64,000 nucleotides of DNA from Candidatus Bathyarchaeia archaeon (GCA_050015395.1 JBEKBM010000006.1:32001-96000); one strand, 5' to 3'; positions 10,368-20,760 are shown, counted from the first letter of the stretch. Numbers and translations: made by a program. The notes: generated by a model from the sequence alone, not told the origin.

Positions 10368-10554
10368 AGAGGCAAGCAAAACCCTGAGTCCCGAACCCCG
10401 CTCCACTTCAACCGATTCGCACACGACGTATCCATGGTTCTGGTCTTTCACAGCGCCGCGCCGCGCTCCAATTTTGCTGGTGATTGTACCGTTTGTTTTT
10501 CTAGTTTTGTGAAGCCTACCTTTTTGGCACTGGTAAAGCTATAATTACGAGCGC

Positions 10555-11472
10555 TTAAACACCCATTAACTTCAGCAAAATCGCCTTAGCTGCGTATAGT
10601 CTGTTTTCTGCCTGCTCATAAATAACCGTTTTGGGATTCTCGATTGTTTCTGCGCTTATTTCGTATCCGCGATGAATGGGCATGTCATGCATAATGTATG
10701 CGTTGCTATCTTTGAGCAGTTCAGCGTTGATTTGGTATGGCATCATAAGCTTAATTCGCTTCTCCTTTTCCGCCGCAAACTTTGGGTCAGTGAAGAATTC
10801 CATGTCAATCCACGTGTCTGTATAAACAAAATCTGCATCTTTAACAGCTTTCTTTGCATCTAAGGTTGACTGCCACAACCCAGTTTTCTTTGCCTCAGAT
10901 AGCAACTCATCATCGCGTGCTGCTTCGTTCAAAATCGGTGTAACCGTTGTTAGTTTTAATCCTGTTTTAGTGCAGCTTTCTATTAGCGAGTTGCAAACGT
11001 TATTGTGGACGCCGATGTAGACGAGCTTGGCGTCTTTTAGCGTGCCTTTCTTTTCTTTTATAGTGATTAAATCTGCTAAAGCTTGGCTTGGATGATACTT
11101 CTCGTCGCAACCGTTGATTACTGGAACACGAGAAGCATTAGCCATCTTTATTAAATCAGCGTTATACAGCAACCTAGCCATGATACAGTCAACATTACGG
11201 GACAAATAACGAATTTCATCCGTTATGTCAGCTAACATGAAGTTCGTTGTTCGCCAATCGATAAACAAGCCGTGACCTCCAAGCTGAGTGGCCGCAACCT
11301 CAAAAGCAACCCTTGTCCGTGTGGAGGTTTTCTGGAAAACTAACGCAGCCGACTTGCCCTCAAAGGCTTTACGGTATTTTTTAGGGTTGTGCTTAACTTC
11401 GATGCCTAAATCAACAAGTGCATTAAGATCTTGACTTGATAACTCTTTGAAATTAATCAGATGCATCTTCAC
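10555..11472 (-). CDS. argF: Ornithine carbamoyltransferase-family enzyme (HDMP variant)
   Basis: FQKTSTRT, HPSQALAD, EQAENR; HDMP instead of HCLP. Confidence 0.88.
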   Translation of the reverse strand: MKMHLINFKELSSQDLNALVDLGIEVKHNPKKYRKAFEGKSAALVFQKTSTRTRVAFEVAATQLGGHGLFIDWRTTNFMLADITDEIRYLSRNVDCIMARLLYNADLIKMANASRVPVINGCDEKYHPSQALADLITIKEKKGTLKDAKLVYIGVHNNVCNSLIESCTKTGLKLTTVTPILNEAARDDELLSEAKKTGLWQSTLDAKKAVKDADFVYTDTWIDMEFFTDPKFAAEKEKRIKLMMPYQINAELLKDSNAYIMHDMPIHRGYEISAETIENPKTVIYEQAENRLYAAKAILLKLMGV

Positions 11473-11580
11473 TTTGCCTCCAGTAAACGCTGAACCAAGC
11501 CAGCAATTATAAGCTTTATGGAAAAACCTACTTTTGCAAACTCATTAATTTTAGTTTAATTGTTTAAGTAGTCAAAGATT

Positions 11581-11820
11581 TTATCTAAAACGGACTCGGT
11601 GAAGTTCCAGCCCCCGCCGCATTCTCTCAACCGCCATGTCAACATTATTTGCAAGCTCTTCATCTTTTTCCAAATTCGAATACCAGCGCCAGACTTCATG
11701 CCAGTTACCTTTCGGCGTACTAGCTATTGGAGTATCTATTTTATGCCAATCTTTCGTCATTTTTCGTCCACTACTCTCATTTATCAAACGAACTTTTTCC
11801 CTAGCGATAATTGTCCACAA
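11581..11820 (-). CDS. Small hypothetical protein, possibly an orphan antitoxin fragment
   Basis: Short ORF in AT-rich gap; charged C-terminus AVERMRRGLELHRVRFR; start uncertain. Confidence 0.35.
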   Translation of the reverse strand: MWTIIAREKVRLINESSGRKMTKDWHKIDTPIASTPKGNWHEVWRWYSNLEKDEELANNVDMAVERMRRGLELHRVRFR

Positions 11821-11898
11821 CAGTTAATAAAAATAATTATAGTTTAAATTATATCAAATGTTAAGCAATTAACAAACATAACTCGTAAGTGTTGAAAA

Positions 11899-12723
11899 AT
11901 GATTCTGGTCGTCCATTCAAGCCGTGATATTGCAGGCGTAAACATAGCCAAGAATTTACTTCAACTCTACCCCTTCGCAAAGACAAAGCAGACTTACCAA
12001 GAAAACCCAATTTATCTGGCTGAAATGTATGGCAAACAGATCAGCTTCATAACGCTTAAAGAAGAAGCGGTCAACGCACAAAACCTCCAAGAAGACTTCC
12101 CAAGCGCCCAGCTGATAGTGTTCATTTCACGTCACAGCAGCCAAAGCGGAATCCCCACCTTATCCGTTCATACCCCGGGAAACTTTGCTGAAGCAGGACT
12201 AGGCGGATTGCCTAGAACAGTCTCAGTTTCACCTGCAACAGCCATGCGTGACGCTTTAAAAACGCTTTTACACTACAAAGGAGAATTAAGCCTCAACTAC
12301 GAAGTGTCATACGAGTGCACTCATCACGGTCCCAGCTTGAATGTGCCAACGATGTTTGTTGAGTTAGGCAGTTCCCCAGCACAATGGAACGATTTAAGGG
12401 CAGCAGAAGCCGTTGCCCACTCCGCAATGTCTGCAATCGCCAACTTCTCAACGCCTGCCAATTCAGCGGTTCTTGGAATAGGCGGAACACACTACAACCA
12501 AAAGTTCACGCGTATGGCTTTGGCTGGCGAAGCCGTTTTCGGCCACATGGTACCTAAATACGCTGTCTCCATGATTGACTCTGAAATATTAGCGCAGTGC
12601 ATCGCGAAAACTTTAGAGAAAGTCTCGTTGGCGATTCTTGATTGGAAAGGAATCAGAAGCCAAGACAAGCCAAAACTATTATCGTCTCTGCAGGATGTTG
12701 GGTTGCCTTTCAAGAAAGTTTAA
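11899..12723 (+). CDS. dtdA: Archaeal D-aminoacyl-tRNA deacylase
   Basis: FISRHSS, LSVHTPGN, ECTHHGPS, FVELGS, GIGGTHY, GHMVPKY. Confidence 0.95.
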   Translation: MILVVHSSRDIAGVNIAKNLLQLYPFAKTKQTYQENPIYLAEMYGKQISFITLKEEAVNAQNLQEDFPSAQLIVFISRHSSQSGIPTLSVHTPGNFAEAGLGGLPRTVSVSPATAMRDALKTLLHYKGELSLNYEVSYECTHHGPSLNVPTMFVELGSSPAQWNDLRAAEAVAHSAMSAIANFSTPANSAVLGIGGTHYNQKFTRMALAGEAVFGHMVPKYAVSMIDSEILAQCIAKTLEKVSLAILDWKGIRSQDKPKLLSSLQDVGLPFKKV

Positions 12724-12834
12724 CCAAAAAATAGTCAGCCTCGTAAGGAAGCTTTAAAAGTGTTGATAAAGCTAGTTTTTAAACTCTAGGTTACAGTAAC
12801 GTTTATTATTCATAAATGAAATCTTGAGTGTGCG

Positions 12835-13026
12835 ATGAATATGGGAATAAAATCTTGGTTAACGCAAGCAGCAAGAACCTTAAAGCTAGCTGTAAAACCT
12901 GGAAGAGAAGAGCTGTGGCTATCAATAAAAATTAGCCTCTTAGGCATAGGCGCAATTGGTTTAATCGGTTTCGTAATTAAACTATTAGCGTACGCAGTAG
13001 GCGGCGCATCAGGAGCAGCAACTTAA
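12835..13026 (+). CDS. secE: Protein translocase subunit SecE/Sec61-gamma
   Basis: LKLAVKPGREE plus one TM helix; upstream of spt5. Confidence 0.93.
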   Translation: MNMGIKSWLTQAARTLKLAVKPGREELWLSIKISLLGIGAIGLIGFVIKLLAYAVGGASGAAT

Positions 13027-13042
13027 AAGGAATCTTGGGTTT

Positions 13043-13516
13043 ATGGAAAAGAAAGAAGAGCAAACGCAAGCAAAAATTTTCGTTGTCAAAACCACCACTG
13101 GTCAAGAACGGAATGTTGCCAGATTGATTGCTTCAAAAGTGGAAATGAATCACATTCCAATGAAAGCTCTTCTTGTTCCAGACACTCTAAAAGGATACGT
13201 GTTTGTTGAAGCTGACGGGCCACATTTGGTGGAAGAAGCCATCACAGGCTTAAGACACGTACGCTCCAGAATCCCTGGGCTGGTAAGCTTCAATGAGATA
13301 GAACGGTACATTGTCCGAAAACCAGTCATGGAAGACCTCAACGAAGATGATGTCGTCGAAATTACTGGTGGACCTTTCAAAGGTATGCGAGCCAAAATCA
13401 CAAGACTTGACAAGGCAAAAGGCGAAGTTACTCTCGAACTACTTGAGGCAACATTCACTTTGCCAATCACAGTACACTCAGACTATGTAAAACTAGTAGA
13501 AAAAGCAAAAACATAA
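13043..13516 (+). CDS. spt5: Transcription elongation factor Spt5
   Basis: KTTTGQE, LKGYVFVE, KOW motif VEITGGPFKG. Confidence 0.97.
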   Translation: MEKKEEQTQAKIFVVKTTTGQERNVARLIASKVEMNHIPMKALLVPDTLKGYVFVEADGPHLVEEAITGLRHVRSRIPGLVSFNEIERYIVRKPVMEDLNEDDVVEITGGPFKGMRAKITRLDKAKGEVTLELLEATFTLPITVHSDYVKLVEKAKT

Positions 13517-13531
13517 AACAGGCGAAAAAAC

Positions 13532-14020
13532 ATGGGAGAAAAAAAAGTTGTAGAACTGCTCGTAAATGGAGGACAAGCCAATGCAGGTCCACCATTAGGT
13601 CCTGCTCTTGGTCCATTAGGCGTCAATATAATGGCTATCGTCAACAAAATTAACGAGGTTACAAAGGACTATGCTGGAATGAAGGTTCCAGTGAAAATCA
13701 GCGTTGATACTGAGGACAAAACCTTCGATGTGTCCGTTGGCACTCCAACCGCTTCAGCATTAATCGTTGCTGAATTGAAAATAGAGAAGGGTTCAGGAAC
13801 GCCCAACACTGTAAAGGTAGGCAATTTGTCTATGGAGCAGATGGTTCGGATAGCGAAAATTAAGCGACTTGAGCTTTTAGCCCCAACGCTAAAGAAGGCA
13901 ACTAAAGAGATGCTTGGAACCTGCGTCAGTTTAGGTGTCACCGTTGAAGGCAAAGACCCACGTGAAGTGCAAAAAGATATTGATGCTGGCAGCTACGAAC
14001 AGTTATTTGGTAGCGAATAA
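13532..14020 (+). CDS. rpl11: 50S ribosomal protein uL11
   Basis: GGQANAGPPLGPALGPLG, GTCVSLG. Confidence 0.98.
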   Translation: MGEKKVVELLVNGGQANAGPPLGPALGPLGVNIMAIVNKINEVTKDYAGMKVPVKISVDTEDKTFDVSVGTPTASALIVAELKIEKGSGTPNTVKVGNLSMEQMVRIAKIKRLELLAPTLKKATKEMLGTCVSLGVTVEGKDPREVQKDIDAGSYEQLFGSE

Positions 14021-14078
14021 TGATAAGCGAATATTTTTATAATGGGTTTCCAATCCCTCATTGGCACGAGGCTTAAAA

Positions 14079-14729
14079 ATGCCCCTAGACAACAAGACAA
14101 TTTCAGAAGCAGTTAAACAGGCAAAGGCGAAGTCTGGCGGAAAAAAATTCAACCAGACAGTAGATATAATCTTGGATATTGTAGAGATCGATATGAAGGC
14201 GCCAGAAGGCAAAATCCAAGAAATTGTTGAGCTTCCTCATGCAACCGGAAAGCCGAACAAGATCTGTGTTATTGCTTCTGGAGAATTTGCATTTAAAGCA
14301 AAAAACGCACAAGCTGATCACGTTATAGAACGTTCCGACTTAGACGCGTTATCTGGCAAAAAGAAGGAACTGCGCAAGCTTGCCAGCGAATATGACGTTT
14401 TCATTTCAGAAGCTCCATTAATGCCGCTAGTAGGTAGAATTCTTGGTCCAGTTTTGGGCCCGAGAGGAAAAATGCCTATTCCTGTTCCACCGAACGCTGA
14501 CATTGCAGCCATAATAAATAAGCACCGCAAAACCGTGGTTGTGAGAATGCGCAACCAACCGATTATTCAAGTTTCAATTGGCTCTCAACAGATGAAGGAT
14601 GAAGAACTTGTCGATAACATTATGACGGTTCTTCGTGTTTTAGATGGAAAACTTAAGCGTGGCTTGAAAAACGTAAAGTACGCTTTTATTAAGACATCTA
14701 TGGGTGAGCCGGTAAAAATTAAACCGTAA
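14079..14729 (+). CDS. rpl1: 50S ribosomal protein uL1 (likely ATG start at 14079)
   Basis: KFNQTVD, LGPVLGPRGKMP, KTSMG. Confidence 0.97.
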   Translation: MPLDNKTISEAVKQAKAKSGGKKFNQTVDIILDIVEIDMKAPEGKIQEIVELPHATGKPNKICVIASGEFAFKAKNAQADHVIERSDLDALSGKKKELRKLASEYDVFISEAPLMPLVGRILGPVLGPRGKMPIPVPPNADIAAIINKHRKTVVVRMRNQPIIQVSIGSQQMKDEELVDNIMTVLRVLDGKLKRGLKNVKYAFIKTSMGEPVKIKP

Positions 14730-14744
14730 CAGAGAAGAGAAATC

Positions 14745-15611
14745 ATGCCGTCCCAACAAGTATTAGACGAAAAATCAAGCCAAGTAGACTCAATAAAAGG
14801 CATACTGAAAGAATACAAATCCATCGGTATCGCTAGCCTGCAGAAGGTTCGTGCTTCGCAACTTCAAGAAATTAAGAAAAGTATGGCTGGTAAAGTTTAC
14901 CTTAGAGTTTTAAAGAACACGCTAATGAGACTAGCCATTGAAGAGATGAATCAAGAAGATTTAAAGAAGCTTGAGGAGTATTTGGATGGATCAAACGTTT
15001 ACTTGTTCACAGACCTAAACCCGTTCAAACTGGCGCTGTTGCTGGAACGGGGCAAAGTGAGAACAACCGCCAAGTCAGGTGATATTGCCGCCAACGATGT
15101 GGTTGTTCCAGCTGGTAACACGGGTCAACCTCCAGGTCCATTTATCAGCCAATTAAACGCTGTTGGCTTGCCGACGAGGATTGAGTCTGGCAGCGTGTGG
15201 GTCAGTAAAGACACTTTGGTAGTTCGCAAGGGTGAAGAAATTAACGAGCGCCTTGCCGGTGTACTCTCAAAACTAGGCATTAAAGCAGTTGAACTCAGCA
15301 TATCAATGCGTGCAGTTTTTGACAATGGCTTAATGATTACTGGTGACCAGCTGAAAGTTGACGTTGATGCAACAAGGAAAAGCATTGAGCAAAGCAACCA
15401 AGAAGCCTTCGCACTAGCAATGGGCATCTTTTACCCATCCAAAGAAACAATTAAGCCATTATTGCAGATGGCACACCAAAAGGCTGTTGCATTAGCTGTC
15501 GGCGCTGCAATACCAACCAAAGAGACAATTGGTGACCTGATAAGAAAAGCGAACATGGAAATGACAAGTTTAAGCGGTGCTGTGGAGAAAGCTAAGCCTA
15601 AAGCAGCTTAA
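14745..15611 (+). CDS. rpl10: 50S ribosomal protein uL10/P0
   Basis: KNTL, PAGNTGQPPGP, AVGLPTRIESG; follows rpl1. Confidence 0.96.
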   Translation: MPSQQVLDEKSSQVDSIKGILKEYKSIGIASLQKVRASQLQEIKKSMAGKVYLRVLKNTLMRLAIEEMNQEDLKKLEEYLDGSNVYLFTDLNPFKLALLLERGKVRTTAKSGDIAANDVVVPAGNTGQPPGPFISQLNAVGLPTRIESGSVWVSKDTLVVRKGEEINERLAGVLSKLGIKAVELSISMRAVFDNGLMITGDQLKVDVDATRKSIEQSNQEAFALAMGIFYPSKETIKPLLQMAHQKAVALAVGAAIPTKETIGDLIRKANMEMTSLSGAVEKAKPKAA

Positions 15612-15641
15612 CCAACCTCTTTTTGAGTTGATTTTTCTAGT

Positions 15642-15663
15642 GCTAATAGTATACCCTATTAGC
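15642..15663. terminator. Hairpin GCTAATAG-tatacc-CTATTAGC after T-tracts downstream of rpl10
   Basis: Perfect 8-bp inverted repeat 30 nt after the stop, preceded by T-runs. Confidence 0.4.
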
Positions 15664-15875
15664 TTATTTACTGGCTGCGTTGGATAGAACAAGTCTTGCT
15701 TAGATTTTTCAGTCTGTTCAGTAGTTCCGCAAGTGAGCTTTAGTAACTTGAAAACTTAACGATGCTGTGAAGTGTTCACCCAAGCCTGCCATCGCAGATT
15801 CCTTCAATGGCTAAGAACACTATACTTTACAAGGCATCGCACTTGAAAGTCTCAAACGCTTTAGGCACATGTGAC

Positions 15876-15931
15876 TGTACCGACAAAATGTACCGTCAAA
15901 ACGTATATGCATTTAACCCCCTTGGTGGGTA
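15876..15931 (+). repeat. Dispersed non-coding element, copy A (two 13-bp tandem units plus tail)
   Basis: TGTACCGACAAAA TGTACCGTCAAAA CGTAT...CATTTAACCCCCTTGGTGGGTA; about 75% identical by eye to the reverse complement of 27210-27264. Confidence 0.6.
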
Positions 15932-16121
15932 GTAGCCTACACGTATATTCAACCCTATTGAAAACCACCTCAATAGAAGACCCAACACTCACGGTTACAT
16001 TAAGCAAAACCAATGAAAAATAGACTCTTTTTGCCAAAAAGCACTTACGGATCTACTGCTGTTTTGATAAGGCTTAATAGTTTCTTACGTCGTGTACATT
16101 TCAATAATAACGTGACTTGGC

Positions 16122-17405
16122 ATGGTTGATGTTTGGCTTCCCTACGGAAAAACCGACGTGTGCATCCGAGTTCCAGCCCGAAACCTCCTTGGAACAATCG
16201 AGCCAGCAGAGCGCCAAGGCGCACTGGATGCTAAGGCTGAGGTGGAGCGAGCTCTAAAAGAACCCATTGCCTCAAAGCGTTTAAGCGAAATCGCCAAGCC
16301 CGAGAGCAAAGTGGCTATTGTTGTTGACGATGCTACTAGGAAAGCGCCGAGTGAAGTGATGCTTTTGCCAGTGCTCGCCGAGCTTAATCTAGCTGGCGTA
16401 AAAGATGAGAATGTCATGGTTATTTTTGGTTGCGGAACACACCGAGCGGTTAAGCCTGAGGAAGCGACGGCGTTGCTTGGTGCGGAAGCGCTTAAACGGG
16501 TGAAAACCATCAGCCATGACTGCCGAGCGCAAGATTTAGTGTATGTGGGCACGACTAAGACGCATGGCAACAAAGTTCATGTTAACCGCGTGTTCGCTGA
16601 GGCAGACGTGAAAGTGCTCTTGGGAGATGTTGGCTTCCACTATTATGCTGGTTACGGCGGTGGAAGAAAAAGCGTTTTACCAGCGGTCTGCGGCGAAGAA
16701 ACCATAAAGCAAAATCATGCAATGCTACTTCACGCCAATGCACGAACTGGAGTTCTGGAAGATAATCCCGTGCATCGGGACATGACTGAGGCAGCAAGAT
16801 TAGCCAAAATAGACTTCATAGTAAACGTTGTCGCGAACAAGAAGGGCGAAATCGTAAAAGCCTTCGCTGGGGATTTAGAGCAGGCATTTCTGGAAGCCGT
16901 AAAACTGGTCGACGAAATGTACCGTATAACAGTGGACCGTCGAGCAGACATCATAGTCGTAAGTGCAGGCGGTCATCCAGCGGACATGAATCTGTACCAA
17001 GCTTACAAAGCGCTCGACAATGCGTTGGACGCAGTTAAACGCGGAGGAGTAATAATCCTTGTCGCTGAGTGTCCTGAAGGGCACGGGAACCAAGTGTTTT
17101 ATGATTGGATGACGCGTTTGGGGGATTTGAAAAATGTTGAACATGAAATTAAACGCAACTTTGTTTTGGGCGGTCACAAGGCTTATTACCTTTTAAAAGC
17201 TCTGCAGAACCACCAAATCATATTGGTATCTTCCTTGCCTGATTACTATGCGACGAGCATATTCAAGTTGAAGACAGCTCGAGCCGTAAATGACGCTTTT
17301 GCTGAAGCGTTGAAAATTGCGGGTTCAGCTTCAAGAGTTTGGGCGATGCCTCAGGGCAGCAACACCTTGTCCGTGTTCAAGGCGCCGGAAGAAACAAAGA
17401 CTTAA
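16122..17405 (+). CDS. larA: Nickel pincer-dependent lactate racemase family protein
   Basis: DDATR, GCGTHR, HYYAGYGGGRKSVLP, NPVHRDM, YQAYKA. Confidence 0.93.
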   Translation: MVDVWLPYGKTDVCIRVPARNLLGTIEPAERQGALDAKAEVERALKEPIASKRLSEIAKPESKVAIVVDDATRKAPSEVMLLPVLAELNLAGVKDENVMVIFGCGTHRAVKPEEATALLGAEALKRVKTISHDCRAQDLVYVGTTKTHGNKVHVNRVFAEADVKVLLGDVGFHYYAGYGGGRKSVLPAVCGEETIKQNHAMLLHANARTGVLEDNPVHRDMTEAARLAKIDFIVNVVANKKGEIVKAFAGDLEQAFLEAVKLVDEMYRITVDRRADIIVVSAGGHPADMNLYQAYKALDNALDAVKRGGVIILVAECPEGHGNQVFYDWMTRLGDLKNVEHEIKRNFVLGGHKAYYLLKALQNHQIILVSSLPDYYATSIFKLKTARAVNDAFAEALKIAGSASRVWAMPQGSNTLSVFKAPEETKT

Positions 17406-17501
17406 ACAATCTGCGTACGCAAAGCAAGAAAGCAAGAGATTGATGCGTAAAGCGTAACCTTTAAGTTGCAACGGTGAAATTTGGTTTAAGAAGGCGAAAC
17501 A

Positions 17502-17978
17502 ATGCAACAAACCTTCAAGCTCCGCAAATTTGTCCCCGATGATTTACAAAGTGTCATGCAAATCAACCGCGTGTGCCTGCCAGAAAACTATACTGACTTC
17601 TTCTTTATGGACTTGCATCAACGGTTTCCTGAGACCTTTATTGTGGCAGAAGAGAATGGAGCTATTGCAGGTTACACCATGTGCCGTATTGAAGTTGGCT
17701 TATCAAATTATGGTTTCGGCGGCTTGATAAGGAAAGGACACGTCGTATCCATAGCGGTTCTGCCACAGCACAGGCGCAAGGGCGTCGCTCAAGCAGTAAT
17801 CACCAGAGCATTGGAAGGCATGCAATATTACAAGGCTAAACAATGCTTCCTAGAAGTCAGGGTAACAAACGAAGCAGGCGTATCGCTCTACAAGAAGCTA
17901 GGCTTTGAGGTCACCAGAACCATTAACGGGTATTACTCAGATGGCGAAGACGCCTATGTCATGACCAAAAAACTCTAA
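17502..17978 (+). CDS. ard1: N-terminal protein acetyltransferase (Ard1/RimI)
   Basis: CLPENY, KGHVVSIAV, LEVRVTN, YYSDGEDAYVM. Confidence 0.95.
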   Translation: MQQTFKLRKFVPDDLQSVMQINRVCLPENYTDFFFMDLHQRFPETFIVAEENGAIAGYTMCRIEVGLSNYGFGGLIRKGHVVSIAVLPQHRRKGVAQAVITRALEGMQYYKAKQCFLEVRVTNEAGVSLYKKLGFEVTRTINGYYSDGEDAYVMTKKL

Positions 17979-18230
17979 AAAAGGCTTATTTTAGCCTTTA
18001 ATTAGCAAAAAAGCCTTTGTTTGGTTTTTTAGCTTTTAATTTCTAATTAATCGCTCAAATAACTTCCAATTGCTCCTCGCCATCTACATAAGAAGCTTAA
18101 GGCAGCACCCACATATGTTCGCCATCACTTTAGGGAAGCTTTTGTATGTGATTCAGAGAAAACAGAAAACATATAATAAGCGAGCAAACGCCAAGATGAT
18201 TATTCAACTATTTATGAACAAGGGGCGGTT

Positions 18231-19292
18231 ATGATGGAAAAAGCGCTTAAGTATTTATTGACTTTTTCATCTTGGGGAAGAAAATATAGAGGCGATTTCT
18301 TAGCAGGTTTAATAGCTTTTTTGATTCCACCATTGGTAAGCTTTGCATTCAATGAACAAAAGGCTTGGGGAGACGTAACAACGATTGCAAGCGGAATCGG
18401 TTTACTAGTCACTTTGGCTTTTCTAATACTAGGTCTTGACCAAACATCAAATATTTTGGTGAAAAACTACCGTAAAAATAGATTTAAGCCCACTGTTAAC
18501 ATCGGCGTTTTCAATGGCTATCTATTAAATGATGCTGAGGATACCAAGGAGAAAAAACTTGCAACATATGCCTTTCCCCCGGAAGAATGGCAAGAAAAGT
18601 TATCGACTGAAAACACAGTAGTTAATTTAATAAAAGCAAATGAACTTTCTGAACGATTTGATGTTATTATTAATCCCTTTGGTCCCATTTACCCTGAAAT
18701 AAATAAGCCGAATATGACCACTTTTCGACGTATAAAAAAGTTTGTCCAAGATGGTGGAATATTTGTGAATGCGGGAGATTTACCCTTTTTCTATTTTTGG
18801 GATGGAAATAAAAAAGCATTAGCAGGTGATCTGTCAGAATCATTCCACATAGATGGACGTACGGGAAATCTTGAACCTGTTGTGCTGTTCAATATGTCTC
18901 CTTTGACAACAACCGTTCTTTACAAGCAACTTGGAATAAGAACAACATTTTTTAAAGATAAACTTCTGGAAGTTCACCCCATTGAAGACGAATACTTTAA
19001 AGGCTTAGACACCGTTGGTGGTTTAAAAACTGTAAAGGAATTCCGTTCACCTTACCGATGTGAAAAAAGCAACACTACCTTAATTCCCCTATTAAAAGCC
19101 GAATACCCTTGGAAAGACAACGATCCTTTGGAAGTATTTGACTGTTATCCAATTGCCGCCATCAAATATGGTAAAGGATGCTTCGTCTTAAATGGAATGG
19201 CCTTAGAAAAAGAGCGCCCAGAAGACTTCAAAAAGGCAATCTCGGCAATCAACAGAATACTAAAAAAGCTACAAGAAACCGGGGATCTGTAA
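18231..19292 (+). CDS. Hypothetical protein with two N-terminal TM helices and a soluble alpha/beta domain
   Basis: 353 aa ORF, AT-rich; DVIINPFG...FVQDGGIFVNAG suggests a GATase-like fold. Confidence 0.75.
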   Translation: MMEKALKYLLTFSSWGRKYRGDFLAGLIAFLIPPLVSFAFNEQKAWGDVTTIASGIGLLVTLAFLILGLDQTSNILVKNYRKNRFKPTVNIGVFNGYLLNDAEDTKEKKLATYAFPPEEWQEKLSTENTVVNLIKANELSERFDVIINPFGPIYPEINKPNMTTFRRIKKFVQDGGIFVNAGDLPFFYFWDGNKKALAGDLSESFHIDGRTGNLEPVVLFNMSPLTTTVLYKQLGIRTTFFKDKLLEVHPIEDEYFKGLDTVGGLKTVKEFRSPYRCEKSNTTLIPLLKAEYPWKDNDPLEVFDCYPIAAIKYGKGCFVLNGMALEKERPEDFKKAISAINRILKKLQETGDL

Positions 19293-19327
19293 CCTGACGG
19301 TAAACGAAGACGGCGAACCTTCCTATG

Positions 19328-19975
19328 TCATGACAAAACGATTTTAGGTTGAGTTACCGTTCTTTTTAAGGCTAATGGAACAGCTAAGTTTATCGTAACA
19401 ATTAACGCTAGCAGTCCATATCGTATTCCCGTTGCCAGAGCGGCAGTCTCAACGAACACTTGGAAGTTTTGTGCTCCAGCCATCAAGTTCATCATGCCCA
19501 TGCCAAGCGTTACCAGCGTTAATGGTATGGTAGCGTAGAGGGCGATGTTTTCCTTAAATTTAAACAGCAAAATATAGGAGAAAACTAATGCCGGGGCGTA
19601 ATATGCGAATGCGCCTAAAATGCCAAGCGGCCACCCAAGCGGATTCAACTCTACCGCTAAACCTGTAACGTTAATGGCGTAGAATGTTGTTGCAATATCA
19701 AACATCCAGAAGGCTAACGCAACGCCTTGAAAAGAAAACAGCAAATTCCGCCATTTCTCAGAAGTGTCTGGCGCAGCTTTGGGGTTAGTATTTTTCAGTT
19801 TAAGATATGTGATGCTGGAGACTGGAATAAGCAAGATGAGCGCGTATGTTAAGCCTAGCCAAGCGTCGCCAACTCTGATGAGCGCGGCGATGTTGAATAT
19901 CCAGATTAGTCCTATGGCAACTAGAAAGCCTTGAGCTAAGCTTTTCAGTGACCCCATAAAGGTATTCTCCCCCAT
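19328..19975 (-). CDS. Multi-pass membrane protein (DUF5658-like)
   Basis: About 6 TM; FDIATTFYA...ELNPLG motif. Confidence 0.75.
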   Translation of the reverse strand: MGENTFMGSLKSLAQGFLVAIGLIWIFNIAALIRVGDAWLGLTYALILLIPVSSITYLKLKNTNPKAAPDTSEKWRNLLFSFQGVALAFWMFDIATTFYAINVTGLAVELNPLGWPLGILGAFAYYAPALVFSYILLFKFKENIALYATIPLTLVTLGMGMMNLMAGAQNFQVFVETAALATGIRYGLLALIVTINLAVPLALKRTVTQPKIVLS

Positions 19976-20070
19976 TATTGCCCTTCAGGGTAGTTACCTA
20001 CATAACCTTTATTCCCAAAACGCAACTTCTTTAAAACGCTGGGCACATAATTATCTTTGAGGAATCAAGT

Positions 20071-20760
20071 TTGTCAATTCAGAAAATACCGGAAAAAAAC
20101 ACCATACTATTCGTTTGGTTCAATCAGTATGCTGGAATAGTCCTAAAAACCCCCAGTAAAACCCTTGCCATAGACCCAGTTGACATCAAACCCAAAAGCC
20201 TCCAAAATGTAGATGCAATCCTAATAACACACGAGCATTATGACCACTTGGACCCAAGGCTAATCACAGAAACCCAGAAAGCGACAAACTGTACAATAAT
20301 CGCTGATTCAGCCTCAACTAAAAAATTGCAACACGCAATACCCGCAGAAAAACTCCAGGAAATCAAACCAGGCGCTGAAATGAAAATCGGCGAAGTCTCC
20401 GTTAAAGCAGAAAAATGTAACCACATTGCTCAAGCACCCGTAACTTACATAATAACCAGTGAAGACGAAGTCAAAGTCTACCATACAGCAGACAGTTTAC
20501 CCTTTCCAGAACTAGCAGCTATAGGGCAAAGAGAAAAATTCGATGTAGTCTTCTGCATAGTTGGCATAGCGCCGGGCTCCACGCCACAAACAGGCTTTGA
20601 AATAGCTCGTTTAACTAAGCCTCAAGTCGCAGTGCCCTATCATACAGCGTCAGCAGCAAGCCAAACTGAGTTCGCGCAAATAATAAAGAAGGAATTGCCT
20701 AGAACTGCATGCTTGATTCCTGAACAAAATAAAATATATCAGGTATCAAAAAGGAAGTGA
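20071..20760 (+). CDS. MBL-fold metallo-hydrolase
   Basis: IDP, ITHEHYDHLD, YHTADS, VPYH. Confidence 0.9.
   Translation: MSIQKIPEKNTILFVWFNQYAGIVLKTPSKTLAIDPVDIKPKSLQNVDAILITHEHYDHLDPRLITETQKATNCTIIADSASTKKLQHAIPAEKLQEIKPGAEMKIGEVSVKAEKCNHIAQAPVTYIITSEDEVKVYHTADSLPFPELAAIGQREKFDVVFCIVGIAPGSTPQTGFEIARLTKPQVAVPYHTASAASQTEFAQIIKKELPRTACLIPEQNKIYQVSKRK

Noticed and set aside
9831-10451. 206-aa antisense ORF and the many other shadow ORFs in the track
   Set aside because: They overlap well-supported genes on another strand or frame and have no recognisable motifs
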